Shown: piece after piece, positions 35,635 to 49,800 of the stretch
How positions within the stretch are numbered: position 1 is the first letter of the stretch
Layout of the letters: the number at the start of each line of letters is the position of its first letter
DNA from: Sphagnum compactum
Taxonomy: Eukaryota
Length of the DNA: 64,000 nucleotides
Assembly (NCBI GenBank): GCA_965153455.1
Contig: OZ234493.1
Span: forward strand, 29,006,213 to 29,070,212
Direction: 5' to 3'
The notes under the pieces: generated by a model
Seen by the model: only the letters and a program-made list of their open reading frames with translations
Told to the model about the DNA's origin: nothing
The model's database searches: none
Made by a program: the position numbers and the translations under genes

Positions 35635-36280
35635 TTAACTTGTTGTGTTCTATTGGTATACTAAAAAGTTTTATCACCTTATTCTATTGGTGTTCATCGG
35701 TTGTTTCGTTGTTATGCTTTAGTGGTGTTCACCGACGTTCGTTGTTATGCTCTAATGGTGTTCATTGATGATCGTTGTTGTGGTCTATTAGTGCTTGTCA
35801 AGGCTCCTTGTTGTGCTCTATTGGTGTTTGTCAAGGATCCTTGTTACATTTTGTTGGTGTTCATCGGTGTTCATTGGCATTCCTTGGTGCTCTGTTGATG
35901 TTAATTGGCATTCTTTGGTGCTTCATTGGTGTTCATCAACGCTTTTTGTTGTGGTCTATTGGTGCTTGTTGGCATTTAGCGCATTGACACTCTTCGATGT
36001 GCTTTATTTGTGTTAATATGTGTTCCTTGCTAAAGTTTATTGTCTATTGGTGTTCATTGGCACGTTGGCACTCTTCATTGTGTTTTGTTGATGTTCATTG
36101 GTGTTCCTTGCTGAAGTTTGTTGGTGTTCATCAACATGTCAATGTTCCTAACTGTGTTTTGTTGGTGTTCATTGGTGTTCCTTGCTAAAATTCGTTGGTC
36201 CTTGTTGATGCCTCACCTTAGGTACTTCTTTGACCCTAATGTTTGTCGATGTTCCTTGTTATGTTCGTTGGGTTCCTAGA
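35635..36280. repeat. Degenerate ~33-bp tandem array (ccttgttgtgctctattggtgttcatcggtgtt-like)
   Basis: Many imperfect copies of ttggtgttcat and ccttgttgtg, upstream of the hAT transposase. They produce the short hydrophobic ORFs 35701-36188. Confidence 0.75.
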
Positions 36281-36745
36281 CTGGTACTTCCCCCCTTGCA
36301 TTTTCTTTATAAATGCAAGTTGGAAATCGAAAACTTCTTTTTTGATTACACATTGAAGGGGTTTTTTTTTTTTTGCATTTTATTTCTTTGAAATGTTAAT
36401 TTCCTAATTTTTTTCATTTTTGTTGTACTGAAATGTGTGTTTTCAAGATTTTCAGTTTTTTTAATTAAACATATTATGTATATTTTGTCATGTGCATGAA
36501 CAGGTGGGCACTTACAAAGAAATTTTCACATTAAAATTTAAAACCTTTTTTTTACACATCTTTTATTTCAATAATCTCTTAATATATTTTCAATAATCTT
36601 GTAAATGTTTGTAATTGCCTAAGTTATATTTCTTGTTTGATGTTTTTTGGGGTATATTAGATAATTAAAATCAACAACATTAACTGTGGTAAATTTTGTA
36701 CTTATTTTTAAATTTTCCACCAATTTTTTTAATTTCTTTGAAAAA

Positions 36746-39180
36746 ATGGAATCAAGTCAAAATGAAAATGTGATGATAAGTGATGATGAAAATGAAGGTC
36801 TAAATGAATGTAATATGAAAAATGAAATGTTTGATGTTAGCTTTTAGACAGAACAAAACTTAATAGAACATGCTTATGAAGAAAGACAAGTTCTTAATGA
36901 AATGGAAAGAATCTTTGAAATATTGCATATTCAAAGAAAAATATGGAGAGGTCATAATAGGAATGCAATTTGTTGGACATTTTATTATGTAAATGATGAT
37001 AAAAAATTTGATCCTAGAAATCTTCAAGTTATGAAATGTTTACTTTGTCATAATAGTCTTGTGCTTATAATCTGAACACTAAAGAAAGAAAAAGATTGAT
37101 AACATAATATTATAAAACATATGGTACAATAGCCCTAAAAAAACATGTGGATAATGATCATGTTCAAAATATTTGAAGAAGAAGTAAATGTTGTAACGAA
37201 AGGACCTTTAGAAAGACAACCAACAAAGAAAAAGACAAAATGTTGCAAGAAGTGTAATATCCAATTTTTTCTGTCAAGGATCCTTTTAAAAAAGATGATG
37301 AACAACAAAAAGATTTTTTGCAAGACTTAGGTCTTTTAATTGTGAAAAATCAACTACCTTTGTAGTTTGTGGAAAGTGCTTGGTTTAAACATTTAGTTTT
37401 ACATCTATGTCTTCAAGTTGTCTTCCCTTCTAGAACACAACATTCTAATGAGATATTACCTAAATTGGTGGACAAAACGAAACAAGTACATGTTTTGCCA
37501 AAATTGGGAGACAATATATCTGTAACAAGAAGTTTTGACTTATGAATGTTTAAAGGAACACATGATATTTTTGCTCTTATGATTAACTTTTTAGGTTTTG
37601 ATTAGGAGCTTAAACAAATGATTATTGGGTTATTTAAAGCAACAAAAACTACTGGGCAAACCTTGGCTACTAATCTAACAAAATTACTTGATCAATATGG
37701 ATTGAGAACAAAAATTATTACATTTGTGAAAGATGAAAGGTCAAATTTAAATGCAATGATAACTGTTTTAAAATTAATTATCAAATATGAAGTTTTCAGT
37801 TTAGATGAAAGTTTTCATGGCACTTGTTTTGGCCATGCTTCTTTTAAAACATGTCAATATGGTACAACTAATGAAAAGGTTCATAAAAACCTTCAATTTA
37901 TTTCTATCAAATTTGCCCAATCAAATTTGCAGATTTGTATAACTTGGCCTAAAAAATCAGGAAAGGGTAGACAAGAATGGAACAAAACATGTTTAAATTT
38001 TAACATTTACCCCAAAAAGTTGAATACTCCAGTGAAAACAAGGTGAATTTTAAAATTTTGTACAAATTACCTTTTTAAATTTTGTTTTATTACTGAAATA
38101 TGTTGCTTTGATATATATCTAACATTTGATTATTTGTTGCAGGTTTATTATGTTCCAAGAGGCCTTGAAATTCCAGAATGTTATCATCCTTTGCTACATC
38201 ATGTAGAATATTGTCAAAATTAGTGGCAAGGTGCCCCCTCTTCTTACTTGGCACATATCTCAAACAATTGTTGATCGTGTTTCTCCTATTGTGAGTGCAT
38301 GTGTTTTGAACTAGTCTTGTAACCACTAGTTACTATCTGATGCATTGTAATTTGCCATTAACATGTGCTTAAAATGTAGGGAAGAAATTACAAACCCACC
38401 TCCCCAAGTAAATTGGATTGATAATTGGAATTGCCTTTGAACTATCTTTGTTTGCTACCAATATTAAGAAGGAGGTTTGTAATGTTTTAGAAACATTCCT
38501 TTGTTTTTCAAGAAGATTTGAAAAGAAAAAATTGCATAAGATTTTATGTTTAATGCTAAACCCTAAATTTAAAAGCATTCGTTTAGTTTTTTTGTTTATT
38601 GGTTGTGAAGAAGGGGTGAATAATGTTGAAAAAGATGATAAATGAACATCATATCCTATGTTGTTAAAATGCTATCATTATCTACACCTAATTGTAGAAT
38701 CTAAAGTTGGTTGTGCATATTAAACAACATATGTAGATTGTGATCTAAATATTTTTGAACAAACTCTAGGCCCAAGTGAACTAATGAGAGAACTTATCAT
38801 TAAGGAAATGGTGATTTTTAGACGTTACCAATTGGATTCTAAGGATATCAAGTGGCCTCCTCAATGGTGGACAAAACATGAAATCATGTTTCTTATAGTT
38901 GTTTTGGCACATCAAATCCTAGGGATTATCGTCATAAATTGAAACTAAAAGGATTTTTTCTTTAGCAAGGATACTTACAAATTTGAAAAGATGTTGTTTA
39001 CAATCAGAAAATTTAGAAAGGTTCATATTTGTGAACAAAATTTGGTCAAATGACTCTAGAATTGATTGTTAACCACCTTCCACTTTAGTAGAGCTAATTA
39101 AACAAGATTTAGATTTGGAAGATGAGTTAGAAAAATTTGAAGGTTCTTTTGAATGTGATGAACTTTTGGACTCTATAAAA
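36746..39180 (+). mobile_element. hAT transposase pseudogene (BED finger, catalytic core, hATC dimerisation domain), with an intron at ~38043-38142
   Basis: CWTFYYV..MKCLLCH..ALKKHV..H (BED); SFDL*M; KDERSNL; KLNTPVKTR|; LMLNPKFK; PQWWTKHE..ILGI..RIFSLA..LQSENLERFIFVNK. Numerous stops. Candidate left TIR CAGTGTTGGGCGAGT at 27973. Confidence 0.88.
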
Positions 39181-40449
39181 ATTTTGCACAATTTATTTAA
39201 TTTTCATTTAAATTTTTTTTGGAAAAAGTTAAAATAACAAATTCGAAATGAACTTTTGGACTTGTAAAACTTTTGTAGGATTTGTAATTTGTAATTTTTA
39301 ATTCTTGTGGAAAAAAATTAAAACATTTATACTCGTCTAAGAATCGTGTCTGAGAACCGGCTGGTATGAACTGTTTGAGAACTGGCAGTTTGAAACCCAG
39401 CTGAACTGTGCTTTACCATCTTGATCCTTCAAATTTTTGGACCTTGCAATACTTGATATATACCTAAAATGGTGATACCAACACAACCCAGATAGGGTCA
39501 TTCTCGGAATGCGGGTCTCAATGCAAGGTGAGAGGTGCATGGGATTCAAATTCCTAAACCAGCCCCACCTTGATGCCCTTACTCAAGGTATAGATGTAGT
39601 AGAATTTTAAATGGCTAATTTGCAATTTCAGACGAAGAAGAGGCACCTTTCTTCGTGTAAGGCTCCTCCAAATGAGAAAACCTTCCATGTACAAATGCCA
39701 AACTCTCTTGAGGCAAAACTTTTAGTGTAAGGTAAAGCCCTAGGGTGGGGGCATTTCCAAAACAAGGGCCGTTGGACAAGTCGATAGCTGAGTCTGGTCC
39801 TACATGACTGAATCATCAATCTATTCTATGTAGGATAAGGACCGAAAGTTGGGCCATTCTTGGAATGAAGGCCCAGCAAGGGAGCTGAGCAACAGACCAA
39901 AATTCCCATGCAAACCTGGCTGCCATTCATGTACAAGTCCTAATTTTTGGGTCCATCGGCCTCTCGACACTACACTCAAGGCTAGGATGGCTCTCAGGAG
40001 GAGACCTTCTTCCCCTAACACATAAAAGGCTGAGTATGTCGTTAACCTTGCAAGAAGAAAGCATTCTACAAGAGTTCCAAGTCCTTTAGACAGAAAAAGA
40101 AAATACTAACTGTCTCCAGCTTTCAAAAGGATGCTTGCAATTCCCAGTCTTAAGATCCATATTAAACTGCGCACTGTACAAAGAGACTTTAAGAAAACAT
40201 AAGTAAATTGGCTTAAGGCCTGTAACACAGGCCTATTCTAACCCAATAGAGGTTGCTTTCTTATATCTCATCAGTGTTCATCATGTGCACCAAAACAACA
40301 GTGTTCATCATGTGTATCCAAACAAAAGCTACAGAAAAAGATTTCTCCCGACATAGAAACCAAGGAATCACAACAGTAGCTTTGGGTGCGGTTTTTGATG
40401 AATCCAGCATGTACAGTTTTGGAACAAGGGCTTAGGAGTTTCTGCCCTT

Positions 40450-43400
40450 GGTAATTTGCTGTCCAGCAAGCTCAAGAAATGTCACAAGAAGTTATTTCAG
40501 TTCTCACCCTCAGTAGTATTAAATTCCAGAAATTAAATTTTCAAGATTGGTTCCAGACTCCAATGTTTGATGAATGCAGACATCACGGTCTTGATACCAG
40601 AAACTCATCACGGTCTGTAATTTGAGAGCTGTACAGGACAGCCTTCATGTCTACAAATCAAAGGATTAAGGTTTGAGGACTATGATCAGGAAAGGGAAAC
40701 TTCAGGACTTTCTCCTTAGGATTTTGACGATTAAGGGCATTGGGAGACTGGATATGAGATTTGAGAAGAGAACACTTGTATGGAGTGTGTGACATTGGTG
40801 TAGGCAACTGTTCACCCTCTCCTTAGGGACTGCAGCAACTGCCCAAGCTCGGCATTTCGCACACCATCCACCACCCTATGTGACAGCATCACCAGGGATG
40901 ACAGTGCTGTCATGCCCCTGTCAGGCTACATTTCAGCATCATCTCTCTGGATAGAGCCAGCCCTTGAAATCCAGCTGAAATCTGACTCATTTACATGGTA
41001 TCCCAACCCTTGCAGATCCCCAGTTTGTCAATTCTAACTCCACCACCTTGGTAACTTGTGCAGCATTACCAGCTTCCAGACCAATGACCACAATCCTCAT
41101 ATCCACCACTGGCCTGGACTAACACAGGAAAAAAGTCTATGGGCAGCATCTGAATCCTCCACTCCTCATCACTCACCATCACAAATCATTGCCCATATTC
41201 AGAAACAATGCATTGAACAAGCACTGATGGTCATCCATGTACTGACCAAATGGCACTCTCTTTGACTGGATGTCCGTGCTCAAATCAGAGGAACAAAACA
41301 CCTGGTATCAGCAGCTGCTCTTGCACCATGCTATGACGTGGTGGTCCCCATTCTCCCCTTCCTTCTGACCTCTGCTATTTCTTGAGGTCTTCTGAAACTG
41401 CACCCACAAGAAATCAATGGTTGCTGCTACGAATCCATTTTTTTCCTGTACTCAAGACCTGATGTGGCTTAGGAAAAACCTCCAATGCTCTGAGTAGTGA
41501 ATGCAACAGCATGCCTTTGGCATAAAGGCAAGTTGAATACCCCAACAGGACAAGAGGGAGAGATGCAGAGAGCAGGCAGTCATACTAGCTCTGGCAATCT
41601 CCAAAAGCTCAGTAACTAGCTGATGATAGAAGTAGCCATATTCCTGGTGCAATGAACATCCATGACTGCATTAGTAGCATACTACAGAACCTCAAGTATG
41701 ACAATTTACCAACAGAATGGACAGACCAAGTGGGCACAGTTGTTTAAAACATTTGCCACGTTAACCATGAGAAGAGTAAATATGAGTTAGTTGAAGGCAG
41801 TGAAGTGCAACCAAATTGCAATGAGACTTTAACAGAAACCATAGGGAGGCAACATAGAGCTCACCTGTTTCACCAGCAAAAAGCTAACGCACAGATGCAT
41901 CTACATATTTCTCTGAAGGTTCAGATATTGTGGCAGAAGCTTTGAAGCATTGTACATTGCCATGTATTGGATATCAGCTTACAGTTTGACAGACTCTTCA
42001 CAATAATAGGTCCAAATCTGCACCAGTAGGGATTGACTATATGTTAAGATTATATAGAACCCTTCAGCCAATTTTCCTCAACATATAGCAAGGTGAATGA
42101 ATCATGCAGTAGCAAAAATGATACTCTGAAGGACAGGCTGGCCTCTGTGCTTAACATGCACACAGAGGAGCTGCTCCATAGTTGGTATTTGCAACCATTA
42201 TGTAACTGTCGATGCTCTCCTTTGGACCAACCATTTGCTCAATGTGTGCATTGTACTAGAAGCTCCACATGATGCAGGAAATACCCATTCATAGCTAAAG
42301 ATGCAAAATTGAGAACTAAGATGTATAACCAAAACTTTCCAATGTGCAAACACAGCTTTGGGTCACTCATATCAGCTTCCCACATTAACTGCACACTGTT
42401 CCAGCAAGTGAACACTCACATGAACTTTCCCACAATTACCATATACCATGCTGTTAAACCACTTAAACTAAGACCTGAGAAAGAAACAATTTGAAGAGCT
42501 TTGCATCAAATTGGATTTCTGGTGTTTACTTGTTGGACATAGTTGCCCCAGAAAGCCTATAGATGCCCAGTGCAAATTAAATGGCATGGAAATTGGGGGA
42601 TACGCTTAATGAAGCCTTCATCTGAAAGGTGCATACGTAATACAACCCCAGAACAATTCAACAACAGTTCTGGGCTATCATGAAATTCCTGATTACTGCC
42701 CAGCAGCTCTCAGTTTTCTCGATATATAGAGATAATGTCTATATCAATTTGGGTTTTCTTTTCTCTTCAAATAGCTGCATCCTCACCAGATGCAAATTTA
42801 CAAAACCCTTACAAGCTCATAAACACACAAACAAGGTCCAGAATGAGGGGTTGGCAACCAAAAACACAAGAATGGGGAATCCTTACTGTAATGGAATATG
42901 AGGTGGAGTCACATCAGTGACTGAAAACTGCCTCCAAAGGCTCCCATGTCTGCAATGAAAAAATCAAGAAGAATATTTATTTGCATGATAAAAACTTGGG
43001 ACATTGTCTGATCACAAGCTACTTCTAGCTCCCCAAACCCTCAACCCAAGTCTTGACTTTGAGTGAGCGTGTCAGTGTGACTGCAGAGAGGATTCCACAA
43101 AGAGATGAAAGGAAACTGGCCAAATGCTGCATCTGTTCCAATCAAACCAAAATAAACCTGAGAATGGCTGTGGTAATAACCTTGCAGGTCTCCCTCACAA
43201 AGTATCAGAACATCACCTCCATCATGAATGGGCAGTGACTGGCTGCCACTACTCCCACTGAATTCATCAGCTCTCAACAGTGGGTATTAGACCAAAAAAC
43301 AAAAAGTACATGCTCAAAATTCTGAACAAAACATTATCCAATTTTGAGTTTCAGTCACATGTCTGGATGCATAAGGAAATACTCAATCGCCATGTTGGCA

Positions 43401-43800
43401 ACCATCAAGTTCAAGCTCAATAAAACTGTAACAACAATGCAGAGAACATTGTGCACTAAAACCACAACAGCTATACCAACAGGCATCAACAACTTACATC
43501 TTTCTCAGGCGGAACTCAACCTTGCACTAGCAGGAAACCTTCTTTGAGATTTGGGTGCTGGTGATGGAACAATAATTTGCCCACCCAATTTGGCTTCAGC
43601 CCAATTTGGTCCTACCATGTGAGTTCATCATAAGCAGCTGCCTGATTTTTCCTCCTGTTGGCTTCAAACCTCCCACAAGGATGCCAGTGCATAATATAAG
43701 GTATACCACATTATGGGCTAGCTTTGCAGTTGTCAGATGTGTACCCAAGAAAATGAAAGTAGGATCTGATAAGTAGAAAGGACCTCAGAATGAGTCGCTA
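40450..43800 (-). pseudogene. Possible decayed multi-exon gene of unknown identity downstream of the ATPase gene
   Basis: Balanced, exon-like base composition unlike the flanking AT-rich DNA. Minus-strand splice-like signals (donors near 43498 and 41864; acceptors near 42950 and 42295). No long ORF. Confidence 0.3.
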
Positions 43801-43843
43801 CTCCGAGAAACCAACAAGCTAGATGACTGGATGCTATGTTTGA

Positions 43844-46800
43844 TCACAATCCTGGCACCAAATCTGTGATGGCCCTGGTCACAGGACCTAAGCATATAAA
43901 AGCCTCGTGTTTATCTGTCTGCTTCAGAGGTGACACCAACTCCGAGAGAGAAGGTGCAGGTACAGGACGAGAAGCCTCTGCACATGGCATCACTGCACGC
44001 CTTTTTAGTGATGATGGATTTCCAGAAATACTGCTTCGCTTCCTTTTATTCTTCCACAAAACATGAACTGCATCAGATACAACAACTGCTGTACATTCAG
44101 TAGAGCATCTTTTTTTGCCATTCATGGGTGCCTGCCTGGAATCCACACCTTGCCCATTCTCAGGACCCTTTCCTCCAGTTTTATTGCTTTGACACTGGCA
44201 AGTCAACTCTGCCCACTGAAAAATAACTTGCTGTGCAGTTTTGCTTCTGTGAAAGCTGCTGAGAACTTTCTGAGAAGCTGCCATAAGTGTCGCTACACAG
44301 CTAGTGACCAAGTCATGTAGAGCCTCAGCTGAAGAAACCAATTCCTCCTTTTTGATTGACATTTCTAGAAAGTTCTTCACCACTGTTTCAAGCTGCTCAA
44401 GACACTCTGGTTTGACACAAAGAGCTTGCTGCTTCTGCTTACTTCTCTGCAGTGGAGAGAGAATTGATGGACACTGCTGATGGACAGACGAGCAGATGAG
44501 ATCTCCTTTTTCTAAACTTGCTCCTGCACTCTTCACAACTTTGTGCAAAGGTGTAACTTCAAGCTCTGCTGCAATGTTCTCCCTGAGAAACTTTGTCTCC
44601 ATATCAACAGATCCCTTCAAAGGCTGATGACAGCCATTTCCATGGACAGTCACTGGAAGACCAAGTTGGGCAGTAGCTGGATGAACACTAGTTGCACAAA
44701 CATCCTGATTCTTGGGTGTCAAGTGATGAGCTGACAAACCATCTGGTTCTGTTCTGCTTAGAGAGACTTCAGCATGTGTCAGTACACCATTGACAAGGTT
44801 TGCCTTCAAAACAGAGTCTGTCTCTGCTGCAGATATGTCTCCACCTGCCTCAGACCCATTTAAGACAGGAGCATCCTCTGAAAAAATGGTGCATAAAGTT
44901 TGCGCTTTCTCAGAATTTGCATGCCCTAGATCACCTTCAGCAGTCCCGTCCAGTGACCCCGTGACAGAGGGATGTTTAAGACAATCACTGGAATTAACTG
45001 GAGGTCTCCCATTCTTTTCCTGAACATTTAGGACAGAGCCTCCTTGTTCCTGCTTATCTGTGCTTGGGTTGTACTGCAAAATACTCCTTGATATCGGCAG
45101 GTTGTGCATGTTTGCTGCTACCTCCAGCCTAGCAACCCAGTTCAACCAACATTAGCAGCAAATTCATGGATCTTTCATGTGACTCTACATATACCCACTG
45201 TTCACAACAACATAGCAGTTGATATTCTGCTTGTAGAAGATTGATCCATCAAGAACACATGTATGCATCTAGGCTGATGAGTCACAAAAAGTGAAAGCCA
45301 AGACCAGATTGAAAGCATGGGTCCTATCAGATGAACTAACTGGGATACTATAAACAGACAGTTTTTTGCACACATCTAATCTCCTAGACCTGAAGCTTGT
45401 TGGCACAAGTCATTCCCACTGCCATGATGGGCTATGTCCAATTTCAAGATCAGCTTTGGAATTGAAGTTTTGCGAAGCCTACTACACACCAATAAAATGT
45501 AGGATTGGAAAGGGTAAAAAGTAACAGTACTTTAGAGGGACTCACTTGCGAACTTCATAAACCCAGGAGGCCAGAAGGTCCACAAGCATAGATGCCTGGG
45601 TTGTAAGATGAAAATATTGCAATCCATCTTTGCCATTATCAATCTTCTCCTGTACCCGACTGTAGAGGAGTTCAATTAATCCTCGCAACTCAAACTCAAC
45701 CTCTCGTCCAGTTTGATATAAACCCCTCTGTGCCTTAAGGCCCACAGCAACCAATCCACGAACTGTTTTGACTGCTGGGCACTTATCTTCTTGCCGATAA
45801 CCCCGCCCACAACTGGGCCACAGTCCAAAGTCCAGCCCGTCAGAAATGTTTACAGATTTCCCATTCACGAAATCATGAATAGCGACAGCTGGTGCTGCAC
45901 CCAAGACTGCTGTCACACTCCGGAGCTCACCTAGCTGTGGATCATTCAAGAGTCGGAATCCAAAAAAGGATATAGCATTCTGCAGGACCTTTCTTTCCCG
46001 TGATAGGGGTTCTGGAGAATTTGATGCCTCAAGGTGCTGAAAGATGCCCACCTGAGGGATCCCTGCATGCTGCTCCTCAGAATTTCTTTCTTGAGAATGA
46101 GCCTTTTCTTGTTTGCCAATGTGACCCATGTTCTGTACTGGAGCACAAGCATTCATGGATTCACTAATGTCTGCACAGACAAATATGGATCCCTCAGCTG
46201 AAGACAACAACGTTGTTACAATTGGTGTGTTTTACTACCAGATATACCTGAGATGTACAACAGAAAGACTGTGAGAAATCCCTAAACCCCTACACTCTTT
46301 GCATTGCCACACAATTGACCCATTGGCAATTGGATTTAGAACAGAATGAGAAAGTTTTCAAGTTCACACCTGGTGCAGAGCAATGAGTCTCCATGTGTTC
46401 ATTTTTTCCAGAACTGTTTACAGTGCCATTCAGCACAGCAGGCTCCCCATTGGGGCTCATTGCAGAATCTTCATTTCTCAAACACCTTTCCAAATCTCCT
46501 TCCAATCCTCTACAAGCTTTTTGACCTTCTTGAACATCAGCAGTCAACTGTCCAGACAAGTTGCACTCCAAGTCCACCCAAGAATCTTCTTTCCTATTCC
46601 TTTCCAGATTGCTCAAGCCATTAGCCATCTCTGTACTAAAACCACAGTCAAGGATCCGCAGCTGTTCACGTTCAAAGTCTCTTGTGATACCCCACCCAAG
46701 GTCTCGTCCAAACTGCTTTGCAATGTTGCGTGCTTCAGACTTCCCTACAATTTTACTGAGATTCCTTCCCCAATCCTGTCCCAAGTATCGCAGTTCCTTT

Positions 46801-49800
46801 GCAAGGTCTTTCAGTATGTCTGAGTTCAGCTTCCTTGCAGCAGCTATATTCTCCTCTTTAAATCGCACTGCAGCTGTCAATGACTGAAGAGCACCTGCTG
46901 CTTTCAGCTTCAGTTTATCTTGAAAATTTGCTGCATAATACTCTCTCAATTGAAGAGCCTTTTGGGCATATCCAATGGCCATGACTCTTGCAGCATCCTG
47001 TGATGCCCGAACTATCACTGCTGTGATATCCTCCAGGGAGGGAAGTTGTATGCAAAAACATGGGGAGCACGAAGATGAATTTCCTGAAGCCATTGTGGTA
47101 CAAGAAAAGAAGCTTATAACTTCTGAGGGCAATGCTTCAGCACCAGCCTCACAAGTTGCCTGCATAGCAACAAGTAATCAACTGTCAAAAGGGATAATAA
47201 TTTGGCCTCATTTTAGCCTGTGAGAGAACCCACCACTTCAAAGTTGCTCTCAGAGTACTGCTGTCCACAGTTCTGGCACATCCTTAATTGGTTTCAAATG
47301 AACACAGCACTTCCTTGATTATTTGGAGCTGATATATCTACATATCTGACACTACCCCAGAACTACAACCATTTGACAATCACAAAATCTAACAGCCTAA
47401 CTCAGAACTGCTTGAAGTTCATACCAAAAGCATGATGGATGTGTCTGGTGGCATGGATTGTAACTGCTGCTTCATCACATTCCAGGCATTTGACACGACC
47501 ATCTGTGGTTCACCTTCCTGAGGCTCAACTTTTATCTGAGCTGTACCATTAGAGTAATGTCTCCCTTCTGCAGCATGCAGAACTGAGCTCTCCTGGGAAC
47601 CTGGGCAACAGGTAACTTTCTTTTCAACCTCATGTGTATTTACAAACTTGTGCATAACCCATTGTTCAATCTGTGGCATGAAGAGTACACATGGTGTCGT
47701 GCGGCTTGCCTCTCCTGCAAGAGTTTCTAACAGATGGACATCAGCCAAGTTCCTAGTGTATCATTCCACACCCTCACTTGATTATGACACAAGCATAGGG
47801 CTCCTGAACATATCTAGTTGAAAGGTCAGCAAACAAGAATAATACAACTCTTTGAAGGTCAGTCTTCAACATGACCACTTACTGAGATGCACACAAGTCC
47901 CTGTTGCCCTGAACTACACAATCTCTTTGGCAGATATTTGCTTGTTAAAGCTTGAATAGCCCATTTTTGCAGGAGGTCAATCAGACTGACCTACAATGCG
48001 AATAAGACCCTGTTCCATGTCTCCACATCCTTCCATCAGCATGGCAGGAAGGCTCAAAGTTCGCATCTGAGTCAACCCTTCAAATCCAAGGAAAATGGCA
48101 CCTGCAACCAATCTCTGCCCATGCTTTGCACCACCCAAGAGCAGGAGACGGAACTTTCCACCACTCCATTTTGGCTTATGAATTGAATCCAGCAAACTTG
48201 ATGTGTCGATGCATTGGTCTTCCTTTTGGCTGCAACGTGGAACAGAACCCCCCCTGGTGTTGTTGCTATCTAAATCCAAGTCCAATACATGACTTTCCTT
48301 GTCAAAACTGATTCTCCTTGGAAAGAGAACAGAGGCACCAGTTTGGGCTGGACGGGAAGCTTGATGCATGGCTCCCACAATTCCTGCACTAACAAAAATC
48401 TCCTCAAGTGCCATACCTAGGCTGGTAGGGAAATGCTTGAAGGAGTTTTTGACAAGTGAAAGCCAGTTTGCTGGAAGACCTATCTGTTTCTCAGTAGGAC
48501 TCATCGTTGTCCTGCCTCTTGCAGACTTCAACACACATTGAGTCAATGAAAAAGCTTTAAGAAGTGCAGGGGGAAGAAAAGTCCGGTCATCAACGCCAAG
48601 ATTGACAATAACTTCCACTAGAGCTGGTAACAGTACAGGGACCAGGTGCCTAGGAAGGGGAGCCTCTGGAACTCGATTCAAAGAAGCTGAAGCAAGCCTT
48701 CCAGAGCAGGGAACAGGGGCCTGTGCTAATGCTGCTGCCCAATCACTTGCCCTCACCTACAAAAGCACATACATATACAAGTTTTGAAAAAGCCTATTGA
48801 TGAGATTTGAGAGAGGAACGCCCCACTAATGCTTTGAGGGTAAGCAGACAAGCAGTTCCAGCAAAACCAAAACCAACCCATAAAAACTATTGGGGTCATA
48901 ACCAAAAAAGTTACAGCAATGCTACTCTACTTTGACATCTTAGACAACTAAAAATAGTGGCTCAGGAAGACTTTAATAAATACCTGTATGGTAGGAAGAT
49001 CAGGCAATTTGGTTCCTAGATTTCCTTTCTCTGCAGCATCCAGAATCTGCTTAAATGGTATAGCCCTCCGAAGTGCAGTCATGGCTGCCTGAACACAAAG
49101 GGCCTGCAAGTCTGCTCCTGCAAAGCCAGGAGTTGCTTTCGCCACCACAGCGAGCATCTCTGCTGACGGTTGAGGAGTCAACGTGCGAGTATGAACACCA
49201 AGAATTGCAGCACGGTCAACAGTTGATGGAAGTGGAAAGTAGATTTCACGGTCAAATCTCCCAGGCCGACGAAGGGCTGGGTCGAGGGCATCTGGACGAT
49301 TTGTGGCACCTATAACAACAACTGAGCCTCGAGAGCTTAGGCCATCCATGAGGGCTAATAGAGTGGAAACAACAGAACTCTGTGTTTGGTCACGGTCCCC
49401 ACAGCGGCTAGGAGCAAGGCCATCAATTTCATCAAAGAAAATTATAGCTGGTTGGCACTGTTCTGCAACCTGGAATAAAAGCCTTAGCTGGCGTTCCGAA
49501 TCACCAACATATTTGCCAAGAATGTCAGCACCCTTGCGTGCAAAGTAAGAAATCTCCTGCCCTCCATGAGCACATGCCCCTGCCAAAGCACGGACAACTA
49601 AAGTTTTGCCAGTGCCTGGATGTCCATGTAAGAGCACCCCTCGGGAAGGTGAAATTCCTAGCCTGTTTGACAATCCAACATTCACTTCCTTAAGTTGCCT
49701 GATTAAGTAATATGAAAATCCCAAGGGAGCCACAACAGACAGTCACTGTCCCATGCCATTTGAGTTCTAAACTCTTGTAGCTGTACTCCAAAACCCTAAA

